Part shown: positions 38,278-50,341 of the stretch, piece after piece
How positions within the stretch are numbered: position 1 is the first letter of the stretch
How the letters are laid out: each line of letters begins with the position of its first letter
Assembly (NCBI GenBank): GCA_965112735.1
Contig: OZ218951.1
Location: 744,001-808,000, forward strand
DNA from: Phaeosaccion multiseriatum
Taxonomy: Eukaryota; Protista; Ochrophyta, other classes
Direction of reading: 5' to 3'
Length of the DNA: 64,000 bases
Translations under genes and position numbers: made by a program
The notes under the pieces: generated by a model
The model's input: the letters and a program-made list of their open reading frames with translations, nothing else
What the model was told of the DNA's origin: nothing
The model's database searches: none

Positions 38278-40347
38278 GAGTAGTTCGCAGCGGTTGAGTC
38301 CTCTGAAACACACAAACCAACACAGCCCACTCTCCCGCACCAACACCCACACCCGCCCCCCCCCACACACACAGACCACACGCTCACGCACGCACGCACC
38401 CGCGCCTGGCGCTCCTCATCGGCCTTGTGAGCCACAGTGAATGATCCCCACTTGCGGAAACCGAAGTTCAGCGACTTCATTCGCAGCTTCCAGAGCAGCG
38501 TTCGGCAGATGAGAGCACGTCTTTGGCGGTCGTTCTCGTCCTCCTTCTCCAGTTTGACGCGGTTTCTCCAGTGTCGAGTCGCGGTGTCGAGAGTGCGTCG
38601 GACGTTTCGTCGAAATAACTGTGCCACACGCACACAGGCACCCACGCACACAAATGCACACATACACATGCGCACATCGGAGGAAAGGGTGGCAGGAGCG
38701 GATGAAAAATACAATCGAGGGGGATAGGGAGAGAGAGAGCGTGGTGGACCTTCTCGTCGAGCCTGTGTCTAAGTCGTCGCGACTTCCCGCCTCCCTTCCC
38801 TTCTCCACACTATATATATATATATATATACATCTCTCTCTCTCTCCCTCTCGTCGCCCTCATCTCTTTCATCTCTGTTCCTCTCTCTGGTGTGTATATA
38901 GTTTCACTCCTGACTTACCCTTCCGACCATATGTGTGGCCGTCCGCCTCCTCTGCGCTTTCACATTCTCCTCCAGCTCCAGGAGGCGGTGCCTGTGAGTC
39001 GCATTCATTCCATTGAGTGCTTGCCGTGTCAGTCCCGCCCTTTCCATTTACTTTCCACAGCACCTCGTGTCTACACTCACCGATCCACCCACTCACTCGC
39101 CCACTCACCTACACACACACACACATACACTCGCACCCGCGCACACTCACACAAACTTCAGTGTAGCACCAACACCCTCACCTGAGGTCGTCCTGGCCGA
39201 CCTGCTTCGCCATCTGTGCGGCGTACCAACCGTCGAGCTCAGCCCGACTGACCGAGTCAGCGGCCACGGCAGTGACCCTCTCCAGCTCGCGCTGAAGGCT
39301 CTCGTCCCGCTCCCTCAGGCGGCTCAGTGTCTCTGCGAACATGTCCCTCATGACGGTCAGTTGCTGGAGCATCTTCTCCCCCGCCTCCCTCTTGCCCTCT
39401 GCCAATGCCTCCTCCAGCTGCGCTCTGTGCTGCTCCTGGGCCGACCGCTGAGGAGGAGGAGAGGGTAGCGCGGTGAGTGGGGCGGTGATTGCTTGGGGTC
39501 AGTTGGAGAGTATTTACGTTAGGAGCCAGCGCGTCACCTTACGCATCCGTCCGCCTGCCTGAGTGCCTGTACTTGTTCCCGTACGTATGTATGTTGTTTG
39601 GGAGAACGCATTCTCGCTCGTCGAGAGCTCCTTCCTCCTCCTCTTCCTCCCGCCTCTCTTATTTCCACTCCTGGGAAAGAGCATCGAAGTCCTTCATCAA
39701 CAAGCCATGCCTTCAAGCATATCGGTTCAGCTTGGTGCGTCACTGGAGCCCTTTCCTTCCTCACACCCCTTCTCACTCGATTCCTGCCCTACTGAGCTAC
39801 TCACCACCTTGCTCCAGAGTCTGTCCACATCTTCCGGGGCCACCACGGTAGCCAGCCTAGCCTGGAGCTCCGCCACACTGAGCTGCAGGTGCGTGACGTC
39901 GGCATCGGCCATCAGCTTGTACTTGACTATCTTGAGGGCGTCTACAGCTCCCGGGTGGCCTCTCACGGTGTGTAGGAGCTGATCCACCCACGCAGGAGGT
40001 ACAGCGGCTGCTGGTACTAATGTTGCTGCTGCTCTTGGTCCTGACTGTAGACTTGTAGCCTGGCTCGCTGCCGCTGAGGCACCTGCATCCCCTTCGTCTT
40101 GGCTCTGGTCGCGAGTCTGTTTTGCAAGAGGCTTGGGGTGCTCCTCGATGTACTGCACAACCTGAGGGGAAAGGCCCAGAGCCTTGGCCTCTGCTACAGC
40201 TAGCGCTGCTCCCGCTGCTGCGGCTGCTCCTACTGCTCGTGGCGGGGCTGGTACTGGTGGTCCTGCCGACGGGAGTGGAGCGACAGCACTTGCCGCATCG
40301 CTGAGGCTGGCATCATCCCCCTCGTCCTCCTTCCTTGCCGTGCTCAT
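32188..40347 (-). CDS. Large multi-exon coiled-coil protein with a C-terminal DUF4795/QRICH2-like CxxCDRPL motif (~13 exons, boundaries approximate)
   Basis: ATG 40347 (MSTARKEDEG...). Coiled-coil exons at ~39182-39447, 38450-38620, 36837-38130, 36293-36468, 35822-35950, 35566-35692, 35141-35329, 34064-34265 and 33615-33765, flanked by GT/AG. SRFGRKSLVPSCVACDRPL and LRGGFKMP lie near the 3' end. Confidence 0.6.
32774..33005. repeat. Intronic minisatellite of ~10-11 bp CACTGCTTGA units
   Basis: About 20 degenerate cactgcttga/caatgcttga/cactgcctga units. Confidence 0.85.
34324..34690. repeat. (GGA)n-rich intronic tract
   Basis: Directly visible. Confidence 0.9.
36596..36820. repeat. (CTTC)n intronic microsatellite
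   Basis: Directly visible. Confidence 0.9.
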
Positions 40348-41038
40348 TCCTCCCCACAGACTAGGAATCGAGGAAAGCCCTCCACCAGATGATGACTTCG
40401 AAGCCTGTCATTCTATGCTACTCTTCTTCTGCTCATCTTCCTCGCTCTCACTGCAGAGAAGCTCTTTTCCTCCCCAGAAGGCAAAGCGCGGGCCTTTTCC
40501 TTCGTACCCCGCTTTACACCACTGCCAACTTTTCTCACTCAGCTACCGACGAATAGGAACAGCAACTGCAGCTGCTACTGATCAGGCCAGATGGAAAGCA
40601 TTTACGTGTTGGTGTCCCTTAGTAAAGTCTCCTCCTCCTCCTCCTTGGGGAAAGGATTTGGGAAAGGGAGGAGAATCCGTTAGGTTGCCCGTATGCCTCT
40701 AGTTCATTGACTTTCTCATGTGGAGGCTGGACCTTGGCGCCATAATTTTCTCGGGGAGTGCTCGATAGAGATGAAGGAGAGACCACCGACGGTATTTTCG
40801 GCGTTAAAAGGGCAGACTTCACCAAGTTACTTTTGACAGAGGCGTCCCTTCAGCTCAAGTGAAGAGGAGAGCTTGACTCCGACGGAAGTGGCAGCAGTGA
40901 AAAAAGGGGTGACAGGAGTAGCAGCAACAGCAACGCGTTCAAATCTTTCAACGACACCACTGGAGCCTTGGAGGGAGCTATGTCAGGGGGAAAGAGTGGA
41001 GATGAGGGGTGTGAAAAGTATCGGGTCCAGGGAGGGCA

Positions 41039-41883
41039 AGAGGTATTCTGTCGAGGGGTGTGACGCGCTTGAGGTGAGCGGTAAATGGAGGATGGCATGG
41101 AGTAGGGGAGGAGAGGAGGTCGATTGTGGTGGAGGAAGGAAAGGATAAGAGGGAGGTGAAGGGAGTGAAGTGGACCGTAGGGTGATGTATGGGCTAGACT
41201 AGTGTGGATGGTGTGGTGGACGGATGGCTGACTAAATGGTGCTGCTATGTCGTGTGCTGGTGTCCTCTATGTCTTCTACTCCTACTCCTGGAGGCCCTCA
41301 GGCGTCCGCTCCGTCGATGGCTCCCATGAGCTCCTAGTCGAGGGTTTCCGCTGCCTCATGCTGCGTCATAGTGGCTCTAAGGAGGGTACCATATCTGATC
41401 TCCCTCTGCGAGAGGGCGCGTCGAAGGGCGATGGACAGTTGCTGGCGCAGGAGGCCCTTGATGGGGACCTTGGCTGCCTCCACGGCTGGGCCAAGCCCCC
41501 GTGATGCCTTGTGAGTGACCATCTCCTCGATGAGCTTCGCTTGGTGGCCCAGTCTGCCGTACGTCTCGAGTGCGATGCATTTCAGGCTTGAAGTCCCGGG
41601 CAGGAAACTGCCCAGGTAATGAATGCGTTTGCGCTCTTCAGCGGCGGCTGCTGCGTGGCCGGTGTCGTGGATGCTAGGGCAACGTGTGTGGGTGCGGTGG
41701 GGTTGGTGACGGTGACGTCGCAGAGGAGCTTTCTCCGAAGGGGCGCGTCTGCTTCCGGGAAGCTGCCTGCTGGGTATGTGAGGTCCATCCGGAGGTCTCG
41801 TCCCGCCCTGATGCCCGTGGGGCCGTCAAAGCAGGTCTGGTCCTCTACTCTCGCTCCGCCGATGCCCACGCTGTGCATCATCC
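41039..41883 (-). mobile_element. 5'-truncated, degenerate second copy of the RLE non-LTR retrotransposon (endonuclease end + 3' UTR)
   Basis: MMHSVGIGGARVEDQTCFDGPTG.RAGRDLRMDLTYPAGSFP..LLCDVTVTNP matches the C-terminus of the 42245-45253 ORF, with frameshifts. Stop at ~41298. Confidence 0.9.
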
Positions 41884-41895
41884 GGCTGTGACCAT

Positions 41896-44800
41896 GAGGT
41901 GTTCTGTCGAGGGGTGTGAGATGTATATTAGAGCTTATGGGCTCAGTATTGGAGCGCTCGAGGTAAGTTGTAACCATGTGTAGATGCGTGTATGTGTGGT
42001 ATTGATGGAGCGTGATGTGGAGGGGAAGAGGATGGTAAGGGTGGTAGAGTAGAGGATAATGGGGAATGAGAAGGGAGTGAAGGGGGGAGGGGGAGATGAA
42101 GGGGTGTGGGAAGGAGTGAGGTGGTGGAGGTGATATGTGAACTATCCTACTGTGGGTGGTGCGGGTGACAAGGCGTGACTAACTGTGGTTGCTATGCTGT
42201 GTGCTGATGGTCTCGCTGTCTGCTGGCTGGTGTACTCCTGCTCCTCAGGCGGCCGCTCCGTCGATGGCTCCCATGAGCCCCCAGTCGAGGGTTTCTGCTG
42301 CTTCGTGCTGCGTCATCGTGGCTCGAAGGAGGGTGCCATACCTGATCTCCCGCTGTGAGAGGGCGCGTTGAAGGGCGAGGGACAGTTGTTGGCGCAGGAG
42401 GCCCTTGATGGGGCCCGTGGCTGCCGCCGCTGCGGGGCCGAGCCCTCTTGATGCCTTGTGGATGGCCATCGCCTCGATGAGCTCGTCCGTTTGGTGGCCC
42501 AGTCTGCCGTACGTCTCGATTGCAATGCACTTCAGGGTTGAAGTCCCGGGCAGAAAACTGCCCAGATAGTGTGTGCGCTTGCGTTCTTCGGCGGCGGCTG
42601 CTGCGTGGCCTGGCGTGGTGGAGGCCCGTCCCACGTGGGTGGGGGCGGTGGGGTTGGTGACGGTGATGTCGCAGAGGAGGTTTCTCCGCAGGGGTGCGTC
42701 CGCTCCCGGGAAGCTACCTGCGGGATAGGTCAGGTCCATGCGTAGGTCTCGGCCTGCTCGGGTGCCCGTGGGGCCGTCGAAGCAGGTCTGGTCCTCTACT
42801 CGTGCTCCTCCAATGCCCACGCTGTGCATCATCCTCCCGAAGGCCTTGACGAGGAGGTGGTGTGTGTGGTTGTGGAGGCCGGTGCGGGGGCAGATGGTGG
42901 CGTGGGTAGTGCTTGCCGTGCGGGCGCAGCCTGTGCCGAGGCAGGGTGGGGGCGGGTCCGCGTATGGCGTGTTGACACCGAGGTTGCGACGAAGGGCCAT
43001 GGTCCATTCTGCGGGGGCCATGGTGTTGTGGCCGTGGGGGAGCGCTCCGAGGAAGGCCATGGCGCCCCTTCCTCGCTGTGAGTGGAGTCGGGCTGTTGCC
43101 ATTTCCTGTGTCTCCTCTCCCCTCTGTACCTCTGCCGGTGTGACGTCGATGGTGGCGATGCTCTGCGTCAGCTCCTCATGGCGGCGTTTGTGGATGAAGG
43201 TGGTGAGGGCCTTCTGGACGCCGTGGGTCGGTTGACGGCCTGCCTGATGGCTCCTGCGCACGTTGCGTCGCGCTGTGTCCTGGGCTTGGTGGTCAGGCGG
43301 CTCGAGTACGCGTGAGCGGGCCTCGTCGAACTGTGCCTGACCCACTGCTTGGATGAGGGGGGCCTCAGGGACCCCCTCCTCGTGCAGGAGGTTGACGCTG
43401 TCGGCGATGCTCTTGAGGGCTCCGTTGGTGAACAGCTGGTCCGGTAGGGCGCTCTCTTGGGAGCCTTCCCGGCGTGCGGTGCGGCTGAGCAGGGGGGGGA
43501 GGGTGAGCATCTTGTTGCCAAGGTATGCTGCTGGGGCGATGTCGTGGAGGCTGGTGAGGCCGAGGCCACCGAAGCGCCGTGCCGTATGCATTTGTAGGCG
43601 CTGTGTCTCCGTCCATGGCTCCTCGTGTGCATCTGCGGCCTGCTCCAGAGGGGGGGCATCGGGGAGTCGCATGATGTGGGCCATTGTCGCTCTGTTGGTG
43701 CGGTCTGCCCTGCTGCCGAGGGCGCGTCGGAAGATGGAGGGGTCAATGGCTCTCGCCAGGTGTGTGAGCCTGGCTGGGAGGCATTGGAGGAGGACGAGGG
43801 TGGCCGCCTGGGTGTTGTCCCACTCGCTGCAGTGTTTGGCGAGTTGGAGGTAGCCCCTGGGGTCTTCTTGGCCGAGGATGTTGCGGAGGTACTCTTCGAT
43901 GTACTCCTCCGTGCCGACGGGGATGCCGGCTACCACGGTACCCTCGGTGGCAAGTGTGGCGCCCTGCCGTTGGGCGTGGTCCCTGTCAGCCTGTGTTGGC
44001 TGCTTGCCTTTGCCCATGAGGTAAACCGTTTTCCTCTCGTTGAACTCGAGGCCCAAGCCTCGGAATTGGGCTTGGAGATGGGCATGGCGTGGGGCGTAGG
44101 TCTGTAGGGGTGCGTCGGGTTCCAGCTGGTCCATGAGGTCGTCTGCGTAGGCGGAGATGGTGGGGCGGTTCGCTGCGGTGTCGGCTGTGTTCTGAACTTT
44201 CAGCACTGGGTGGATGGCGGCTGCGAACATGAGAGGCCCTTCTGGTGCTCCTTGGTTGACTCCGGAGCTCTGGTGGATGGTCTGGGTGCCGTCTGGTGTG
44301 AGGGCGTTGTGGGCGGAGGCGTGGGAGAGGCTGGCGATGGCGTAGTTGATGCCTGCTGGGTCGATGGTAGGGAGTGCGCCTGAGGCTAGGACGCCTCTGG
44401 CACGCGACACGCGGGTGTAGGCCTTGGTGATGTCCTGCAGCACGACGGTTTTGCCGGCATCGTGCGCTAGCTGGGCTGCTGCGGCGTGTGTCTCCCCTCC
44501 GCCTCTGACCGCTACCGCTAGCTGTCCTGCGCTTCTGAGCTCTGGGCCCACCCTGTCCGCGATGAGCTTCATGTGACAGCTCTCCACGAGGCTGCGGTAG
44601 AGGTTGGGGGATGTCACAGGACGCGCTTTCTCGCCGAGGGCTGCGGCGCTGGTGCTGAACCAACGTTTGGCGAGCTGTGGAGGCAGTGGAGTGTCCCCCG
44701 TTCGGAGCAGCTCGTAGGTGTCAGTCAGAGCCTCCACGATTGCGTACTCCTGGGGGCTGTCCGGGGGGTACTTGACGTGGCTCGCCCTGCGCCCGTCTGC

Positions 44801-45415
44801 TCCTTGGCCCTTCCAGAAGTTGACCCTCCGGTAGGTCAGCAGCATGGCTGTGCTGATCTCCTCTCTGGTGACGTCGTTGCCATTCTCGGGGTGCTCCTGC
44901 AACTGGGTTCTGGCGTACTCCCTGGCTGCTGCTGCTGCTGTGCTAATCTCCTCGAGGCTCTCGTCTACGTGCGCTTGCTGGAGGCGTCTGAACGTCTCGT
45001 GTGAGGGGGGGAGGTGGCCGTCTCTGCTCTTTGTGCTGAGCCTCGCGGCGGCCTTGTGCAGGCCTCCGGGTTTGGTGAGCAGGTGGGCGCAGGTTTCTCT
45101 CCGTCGCTCCTCTGTCTGTGCCTGTGCTGGGGGTGGTGGGCGGCGTGCGTGTGCTGTGGCTATCGCTGCTTGTGCGAGTGGGGCGATGTCGAGGTCGAGG
45201 ACCATCTGTATCCGCTGCTGGCGGCTGTAGGCTCCGTCTTTAGAGAAGAGCATGGCAGGGAGGAGGTGGTGGAAGACATCCCATGCCAGAAGGGTGTGGA
45301 GGGTGGCGTCGGTGGGGCCGTTCTTGTGGGCCCTCAGCGCCCTGTTCCAGTTGTTGAGCGCTCTTTGCTGTAAGCTGATAAGGGGTGTGAGAAGCGGCAG
45401 CGGCAGGGAGGATTA
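41896..45415 (-). mobile_element. Non-LTR retrotransposon with restriction-like endonuclease (CRE-like clade), apparently 5'-truncated
   Basis: Intronless RT-ZnK-RLE ORF plus a ~350 bp 3' UTR. The ORF stays open upstream of the first ATG to a stop at ~45413. Confidence 0.88.
42245..45253 (-). CDS. Retrotransposon polyprotein: reverse transcriptase + CCHC knuckle + PD-(D/E)xK restriction-like endonuclease
   Basis: QLAVAVRGG, QDITKAYTRVSR, GVNQGAPEGPLMF, AYADDL, GGLGL, C..C..HATIC..HNHTH, RMDL..CDITV..EERKRTHY..AIETYGRLG. Confidence 0.92.
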   Translation of the reverse strand: MLFSKDGAYSRQQRIQMVLDLDIAPLAQAAIATAHARRPPPPAQAQTEERRRETCAHLLTKPGGLHKAAARLSTKSRDGHLPPSHETFRRLQQAHVDESLEEISTAAAAAREYARTQLQEHPENGNDVTREEISTAMLLTYRRVNFWKGQGADGRRASHVKYPPDSPQEYAIVEALTDTYELLRTGDTPLPPQLAKRWFSTSAAALGEKARPVTSPNLYRSLVESCHMKLIADRVGPELRSAGQLAVAVRGGGETHAAAAQLAHDAGKTVVLQDITKAYTRVSRARGVLASGALPTIDPAGINYAIASLSHASAHNALTPDGTQTIHQSSGVNQGAPEGPLMFAAAIHPVLKVQNTADTAANRPTISAYADDLMDQLEPDAPLQTYAPRHAHLQAQFRGLGLEFNERKTVYLMGKGKQPTQADRDHAQRQGATLATEGTVVAGIPVGTEEYIEEYLRNILGQEDPRGYLQLAKHCSEWDNTQAATLVLLQCLPARLTHLARAIDPSIFRRALGSRADRTNRATMAHIMRLPDAPPLEQAADAHEEPWTETQRLQMHTARRFGGLGLTSLHDIAPAAYLGNKMLTLPPLLSRTARREGSQESALPDQLFTNGALKSIADSVNLLHEEGVPEAPLIQAVGQAQFDEARSRVLEPPDHQAQDTARRNVRRSHQAGRQPTHGVQKALTTFIHKRRHEELTQSIATIDVTPAEVQRGEETQEMATARLHSQRGRGAMAFLGALPHGHNTMAPAEWTMALRRNLGVNTPYADPPPPCLGTGCARTASTTHATICPRTGLHNHTHHLLVKAFGRMMHSVGIGGARVEDQTCFDGPTGTRAGRDLRMDLTYPAGSFPGADAPLRRNLLCDITVTNPTAPTHVGRASTTPGHAAAAAEERKRTHYLGSFLPGTSTLKCIAIETYGRLGHQTDELIEAMAIHKASRGLGPAAAAATGPIKGLLRQQLSLALQRALSQREIRYGTLLRATMTQHEAAETLDWGLMGAIDGAAA

Positions 45416-45560
45416 TGTAGGGCCCATGGAGCTCCAGTCAAGAGGTGTAGCGAAGGGGGCTGTAAGAAGTACCCTTAGCGTGGTTTGGGTGGGATGTGCA
45501 TCAGACACGCACGAATGAAACGAGAGAGAGCAAAGCCGGAGCGAGGGGGGGCTTCAGTGT

Positions 45561-45950
45561 GTGCCTGGATCCAAGCGACGAGCTGCGACCGACATTCGTG
45601 GGAGAGGAGGGAAGCGAGCAAAACGTCCAACCAAGAAAGAAGACAATGAGGAGGACGAAGGGGAGGAGGAGAGTGGGGAAGGATTGGTTGCGGGGCTGGG
45701 GCTATATGTCGGGGACGAGGTCCAGCTGCCCGCTGGTCTGTGGAGGGAGCTGGAGGGTGGTGGGGCTGAGGCTGCCACAGTCTGCCTGGGCCACAGTCGA
45801 GACACAGAGCTGTCAAATGGCGTGGTGGTGACTGTGGGCCGGAGGAAGGTGAGGCTACTGCACTACTGTGCGGTTCGCACCAAGAGGAAGGGGGCCAGCG
45901 TCGAGAGCATTGTTGGAGACTTTGTGTCCGCCTACCACCGGTATCACTGA
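45561..45950 (+). other. Possible protein-coding remnant (basic NLS-like + acidic tract + small globular segment)
   Basis: Protein-like composition (KRAKRPTKK, EEDEGEEE, LYVGDEVQLPAGLW). No ATG start and no recognised family. Confidence 0.3.
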
Positions 45951-46387
45951 GGGGGAGGGGGTGGTGCTGACGACGAGAGGCAGGAGGAGGAGTGGGCAGT
46001 GCTGGAGGAGAGCATGGTGACGGCGAATGAGAAGAAGAGGCGTGGGCGGAAGGCGCTGCGAGCGTGCGTGCGTGTGGAGGGCCCAAGCTCGGGACTTGCG
46101 CTGTAGAGAGCCGATGAGAGATGGAGCTCCGAAAATAGAGCTCCTGGAGAGGTTCGACTCTCTCTGACGCCCCACCGCGAGAACCTCTCTACCTCACATT
46201 ATCCAAAGCAAACATATAGTTGCAACCACCACACTCATGCTCTTGTTTTGTTTAGTTCTCGTGCAGAAGTACCTACACTCTTAATTTTAAGGTAATGCCT
46301 GTGCTTGTCTCCTCCCTCTCTCTCTGTATACATGCGTGGGGCGCGTGTTCTTGTCCTGAGCAAGCATGGCGCATGAGGTGAGGCTCC

Positions 46388-47286
46388 TCAGCAACCCCTG
46401 TTCGCCGCCCTCTCCGCCTCAATCTTGTGCCGAATCACTGATGTGTCTTCGAGGAACTTGGCCACTGGTGGGTATGTAGGGGGCATATAGGTACAAGGAG
46501 GGGGTGGGGGGCAGGCGAAACGAGGGGGATAGAGGGGGGGGGTCAGTCGGGGACTATGCGGTGGAGCGGTGCGGGAGGGCTGCAGGCAGCGGCGGGGGGA
46601 GAGCCAAACAAGGGTGTAAGCAAACGCAGCCATGTTCGACTAGTAATCCACTCACGAAAGTTTTGGTCGAGCATTTGCACCACCTCCGTCACGGACGGGT
46701 CGAAGATGGCCATTCTCTCCTCCTGCGAGCGAGTGGGTGGGTGGGGCGACCCCCAAGAGTAAGATTGAAAGCGAGAGCGAGAGCGAGGGCAAGTCAAGTT
46801 CAAGGGGTGGGGCGGGGTAGTTTGCAACCTTGTTAGAAGAGAGATGGTTCAGACGAAGTTGGTGCTGCGGGGGTTTCGATAGCGAAGTGGTGGGGCAGAA
46901 ATGCGGAAGCGTCAAATGCATGGCATGAGCACAGCTACACAAACACATCCACATCCACCCACCCACACGTACACCCACACGTACACGCACACGCACACAA
47001 ACATGAAACGTGTCCACACACAAGAGCGCCGCACGCGTCAAACACAATCTGCCCAGCCCCAGCCACTACACCGTCTGCACTCCCCTCCCCACCCAACGCT
47101 GCCTCTGCACCTCCCCTACCTCTGTGGCATTGAAGTATTCCTCGCGACAGCATAATCTGCACGCCGCTGCGCGCATGCCCGCGTCCACGTTGATCTCTTC
47201 GGAGGCGTTGGGCGTCAGATAGAGGTGGCACATGTCTGTGTAGTGAAGAAAAGCCTGCTGTTGCAGCTGTCCGGCCTCGACAGGGG

Positions 47287-47328
<42 letters not shown>

Positions 47329-49180
47329 GAAGCGTGGCGCCTCTTGAAGTCGACACCTTGTCGGTGCTGCATGCCCCTCTCCCTTTCAAGCGTACGCCTG
47401 TGCCCTCCCCGCGCCCCCCCCCCCCCGCCTCCTTCTCCTCCTGTCCTGCCTTGGCCGCTGTTGTGCCCGCTTGCCGCTGCTCCTCATGCTCAGCCGCAGC
47501 AGCAATCAAGGACGCTTGCTGAGGGGCGGGGAGGAAGAGGGAGCGATACCCCTCTGCTGCGTAGATGAAGTCATAGCTCTCGAGGCAAATCATGCGCCGT
47601 AAAAAGTCCTCAAAGAGCTCTCTCAAGTCCACATCGGCCATCACGGCCTTGACAGAGAATATGCCGGCCCCCACTGAGCTTGGAGTAGCCGCCACAGAGC
47701 CTTGCCTCCCTCGGATCCTCCTGTCCGCGGCTCTCCGGATGGTGTTGCTCCGTGGTCTATGTATGAGAGTCATCAGGGGTACAACGCGCCGAATGGAGGT
47801 CCACTTGTTACGGCTCCATTGTTGACTTGTTTCCGCCACTACTGAGGACGAGGAGGAGACGGTACGGCATGCAAAGCGGCCAAAGTGGACCGAGCCGAGG
47901 AGCCTGATGGTGCTGCCACTGGCGAAGGCGTAGAGGTTAATACGAGTGTCGGGGGGACCTGCATCGCTGTGGATGCGAAGATTCGTGCCGTACAGAATAG
48001 AAAAGTACACGACCGAGTTGAGTGTGAAAGTCAACATGGTGAAGAGCAGCTCCTGCCCCACACGGAGGCTGTCGTCCGTCCTTCTGACCAGCACCCCAAC
48101 GTAGAAAACGACCGCTTCGAAGGGAAGGATGATAGGAAGCACCATCTCAAACGGCTCGAACATCAGGCAGATGCGCTCCCCGGAAATGTCCACGAGCTTG
48201 GTGCTTGTTAGTACCAAGATGCCGAGCATGCCACCGACGAAGGCAGCCGCAATGAGCTGCCATGCCCCCAGCCGGGTGAGGATGAAGGCGAAACGCTCCC
48301 TGCGCTGTTGGTTTCCCGTTGCAACAATGAGTTTCACACCCCGGAGAGCCAGGGGGAGGCCTATTCCGTGAGGGAGGGAGGGAGGGGGGGGGGGAGATGG
48401 ACGGAATGAGCAGCAGAGGAAGCCAGGCCAGTACTAATGAGTCAGATTGAGATGGAGATGGAAAGTTCTTAAAGGCTGGCTGGGGGGCAGGGAAGCATGG
48501 AAACACTTGCATTGTCTCTTACCGAAGAAGGGGTACCCGAGCTGGGTGACCCAGAACAAGAGCCGGCACTCGAAGAAGGCCCCCTCACGCCGGAAAATTT
48601 CTTGTATAGCAAAGATCAGGCAGGCCAAGAAAGTGTATACTGTGGAAGGGGAGAAAGACAACCATACGTGGATCGTGAGCCTGTGTAGGTCGATGGAGAG
48701 GCTACACCAGGGTGCCATGGTGTAACCAACCAATATTTAGCATTGACTTGCTTGGACTGGGAGCAGGGAGGATGAGCGATGGCTGCAAGGAGCGAGAGCA
48801 ACACCCAGCCAAACCCACCCCTTTCCTCCACCGTGCGGTATCAATCTTCCCTCCCCTCTGCCGAGCACATTGTGAGGACTTACATGAATGTAGAAGGAAG
48901 AGACCCGGGAAGCGCGCCCGGACTTGTGGGTGTAGAGACAAGAAGATGGGCGGGGAGCAATGCACGACGCAGCCGATGCAGGGGGGGGGGGGAGAGGGGG
49001 GAGGCGGTTAGCTTATACATGCCCCCACTCTCGCCCCTCTTGGACGCAGGAGCCAGCAGCTTTGTACGCACCGATTGGTGCATTTCGATATTTGTAGACG
49101 CGAACCAGGGTCGGCAACACCAGGATGGGCAGAATAACACCGTAGAAAAGGATAACAAGAATTGAGATTGCGTGCATCAT
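46388..49180 (-). CDS. 7TM-RGS protein (multi-pass membrane region + RGS domain); exons 49180-49072, 48922-48884, 48639-48523, 48360-47120, 46722-46656, 46463-46388
   Basis: About seven hydrophobic segments, with PIVRARFP and ECRLLFW. RGS box: LRELFEDFLRRMICLESYDFI...YLTPNASEEINVD...IFDPSVTEVVQMLDQNFLAKF. All exon phases are consistent. Confidence 0.85.
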
Positions 49181-50341
49181 CGGAACAGAGCATGCAACCC
49201 CTCAGCGGAGAGTGCCAATCATTCTGCTGTTCTCTCCTATGCTGTTATCTTGCTGTATACGATGTCCTAGAGCAACTTTGGGGAGTGCGGAAAACAATTT
49301 CAGTTTTGGACGTCCGTAACGGTCGGCTCCAACAACCAATCCGTTCCTCTACCCCTTGTGCAGTTGGTTTTGGCCGAAGATAGGCCGCTCGGGGGGGGGA
49401 TCCCGCCGAAGATAGGCCGCTCGGATCCCGCTCGGCCTTGCGGCCTCCGCCTCCGGCCGACCTGGCCGCTCACTTCCCAGCCCGCCCTAGGCCGCTTCTA
49501 TTCCACCTCGCCGCCAGCCACGACAGCGCGAGTGGTGTGCCTGGCTGGGGCGCCCATGGCAGCACACCGGCCGGCAGGCTGGCACTCCTCGCAGGCCAGG
49601 ACAGGCAAGGTGCGCAAGAGACAACACCAAATAAAAAAATAATATATAAAAAAAACTTCTTGACAATTAGCTTGGCTGGGCCAGCCCAGGCAGGGGCAAT
49701 TCCTCGCTGCCAAAAACGCGCTGTGTACTCACTCACTCACTCTCTCACTCACTCACACACTCACTCACTCGTTTTCTCACGCACTCACACGCGCTCCGTC
49801 AGTGTGCGTGGCTGTGCTCTATTCGACGCATCAGAGCAGAGCCTCCCTCCACTCCACACAACGCAGAAGCGGGTCTGTGTGAAGTCTCCATCTAGTGTAG
49901 TCTATCCCTCCCCCCCCCCCCCTCCTCCTCTCTCCCTACACAGTATGATACAAAACACAAAATTTCAGTGCGGTGCATTGATGGATAACCAACCCCCACC
50001 CAGGTGGATAGATGTCTATATTGACCCATGCACTTCCCACCCCCCCCCTCCCCCGCAACAAAACATAAAACTCCGTATCAAAATCGGGCCCTCGCTGCGG
50101 GCCTCTTTTCCCCAGAAGGCATCCCCCGCCGTCCCCCACCCCCCGACCTACAAACTGAGCAGGCAGGCTGAGCAGACTGACCCAAAACAGACTCCAATTC
50201 ACAGCTCATAGCTGTCTGACACGCCCGTTCCTCGCACTGAAGGACCAACATCCTCACATGTGCTCGCTCACAGGCCTCACAGACTCGACTCCCACTGAAG
50301 ACTGAAGGACCAACAGCATGCCCTCACAGACTCGACCCGAC

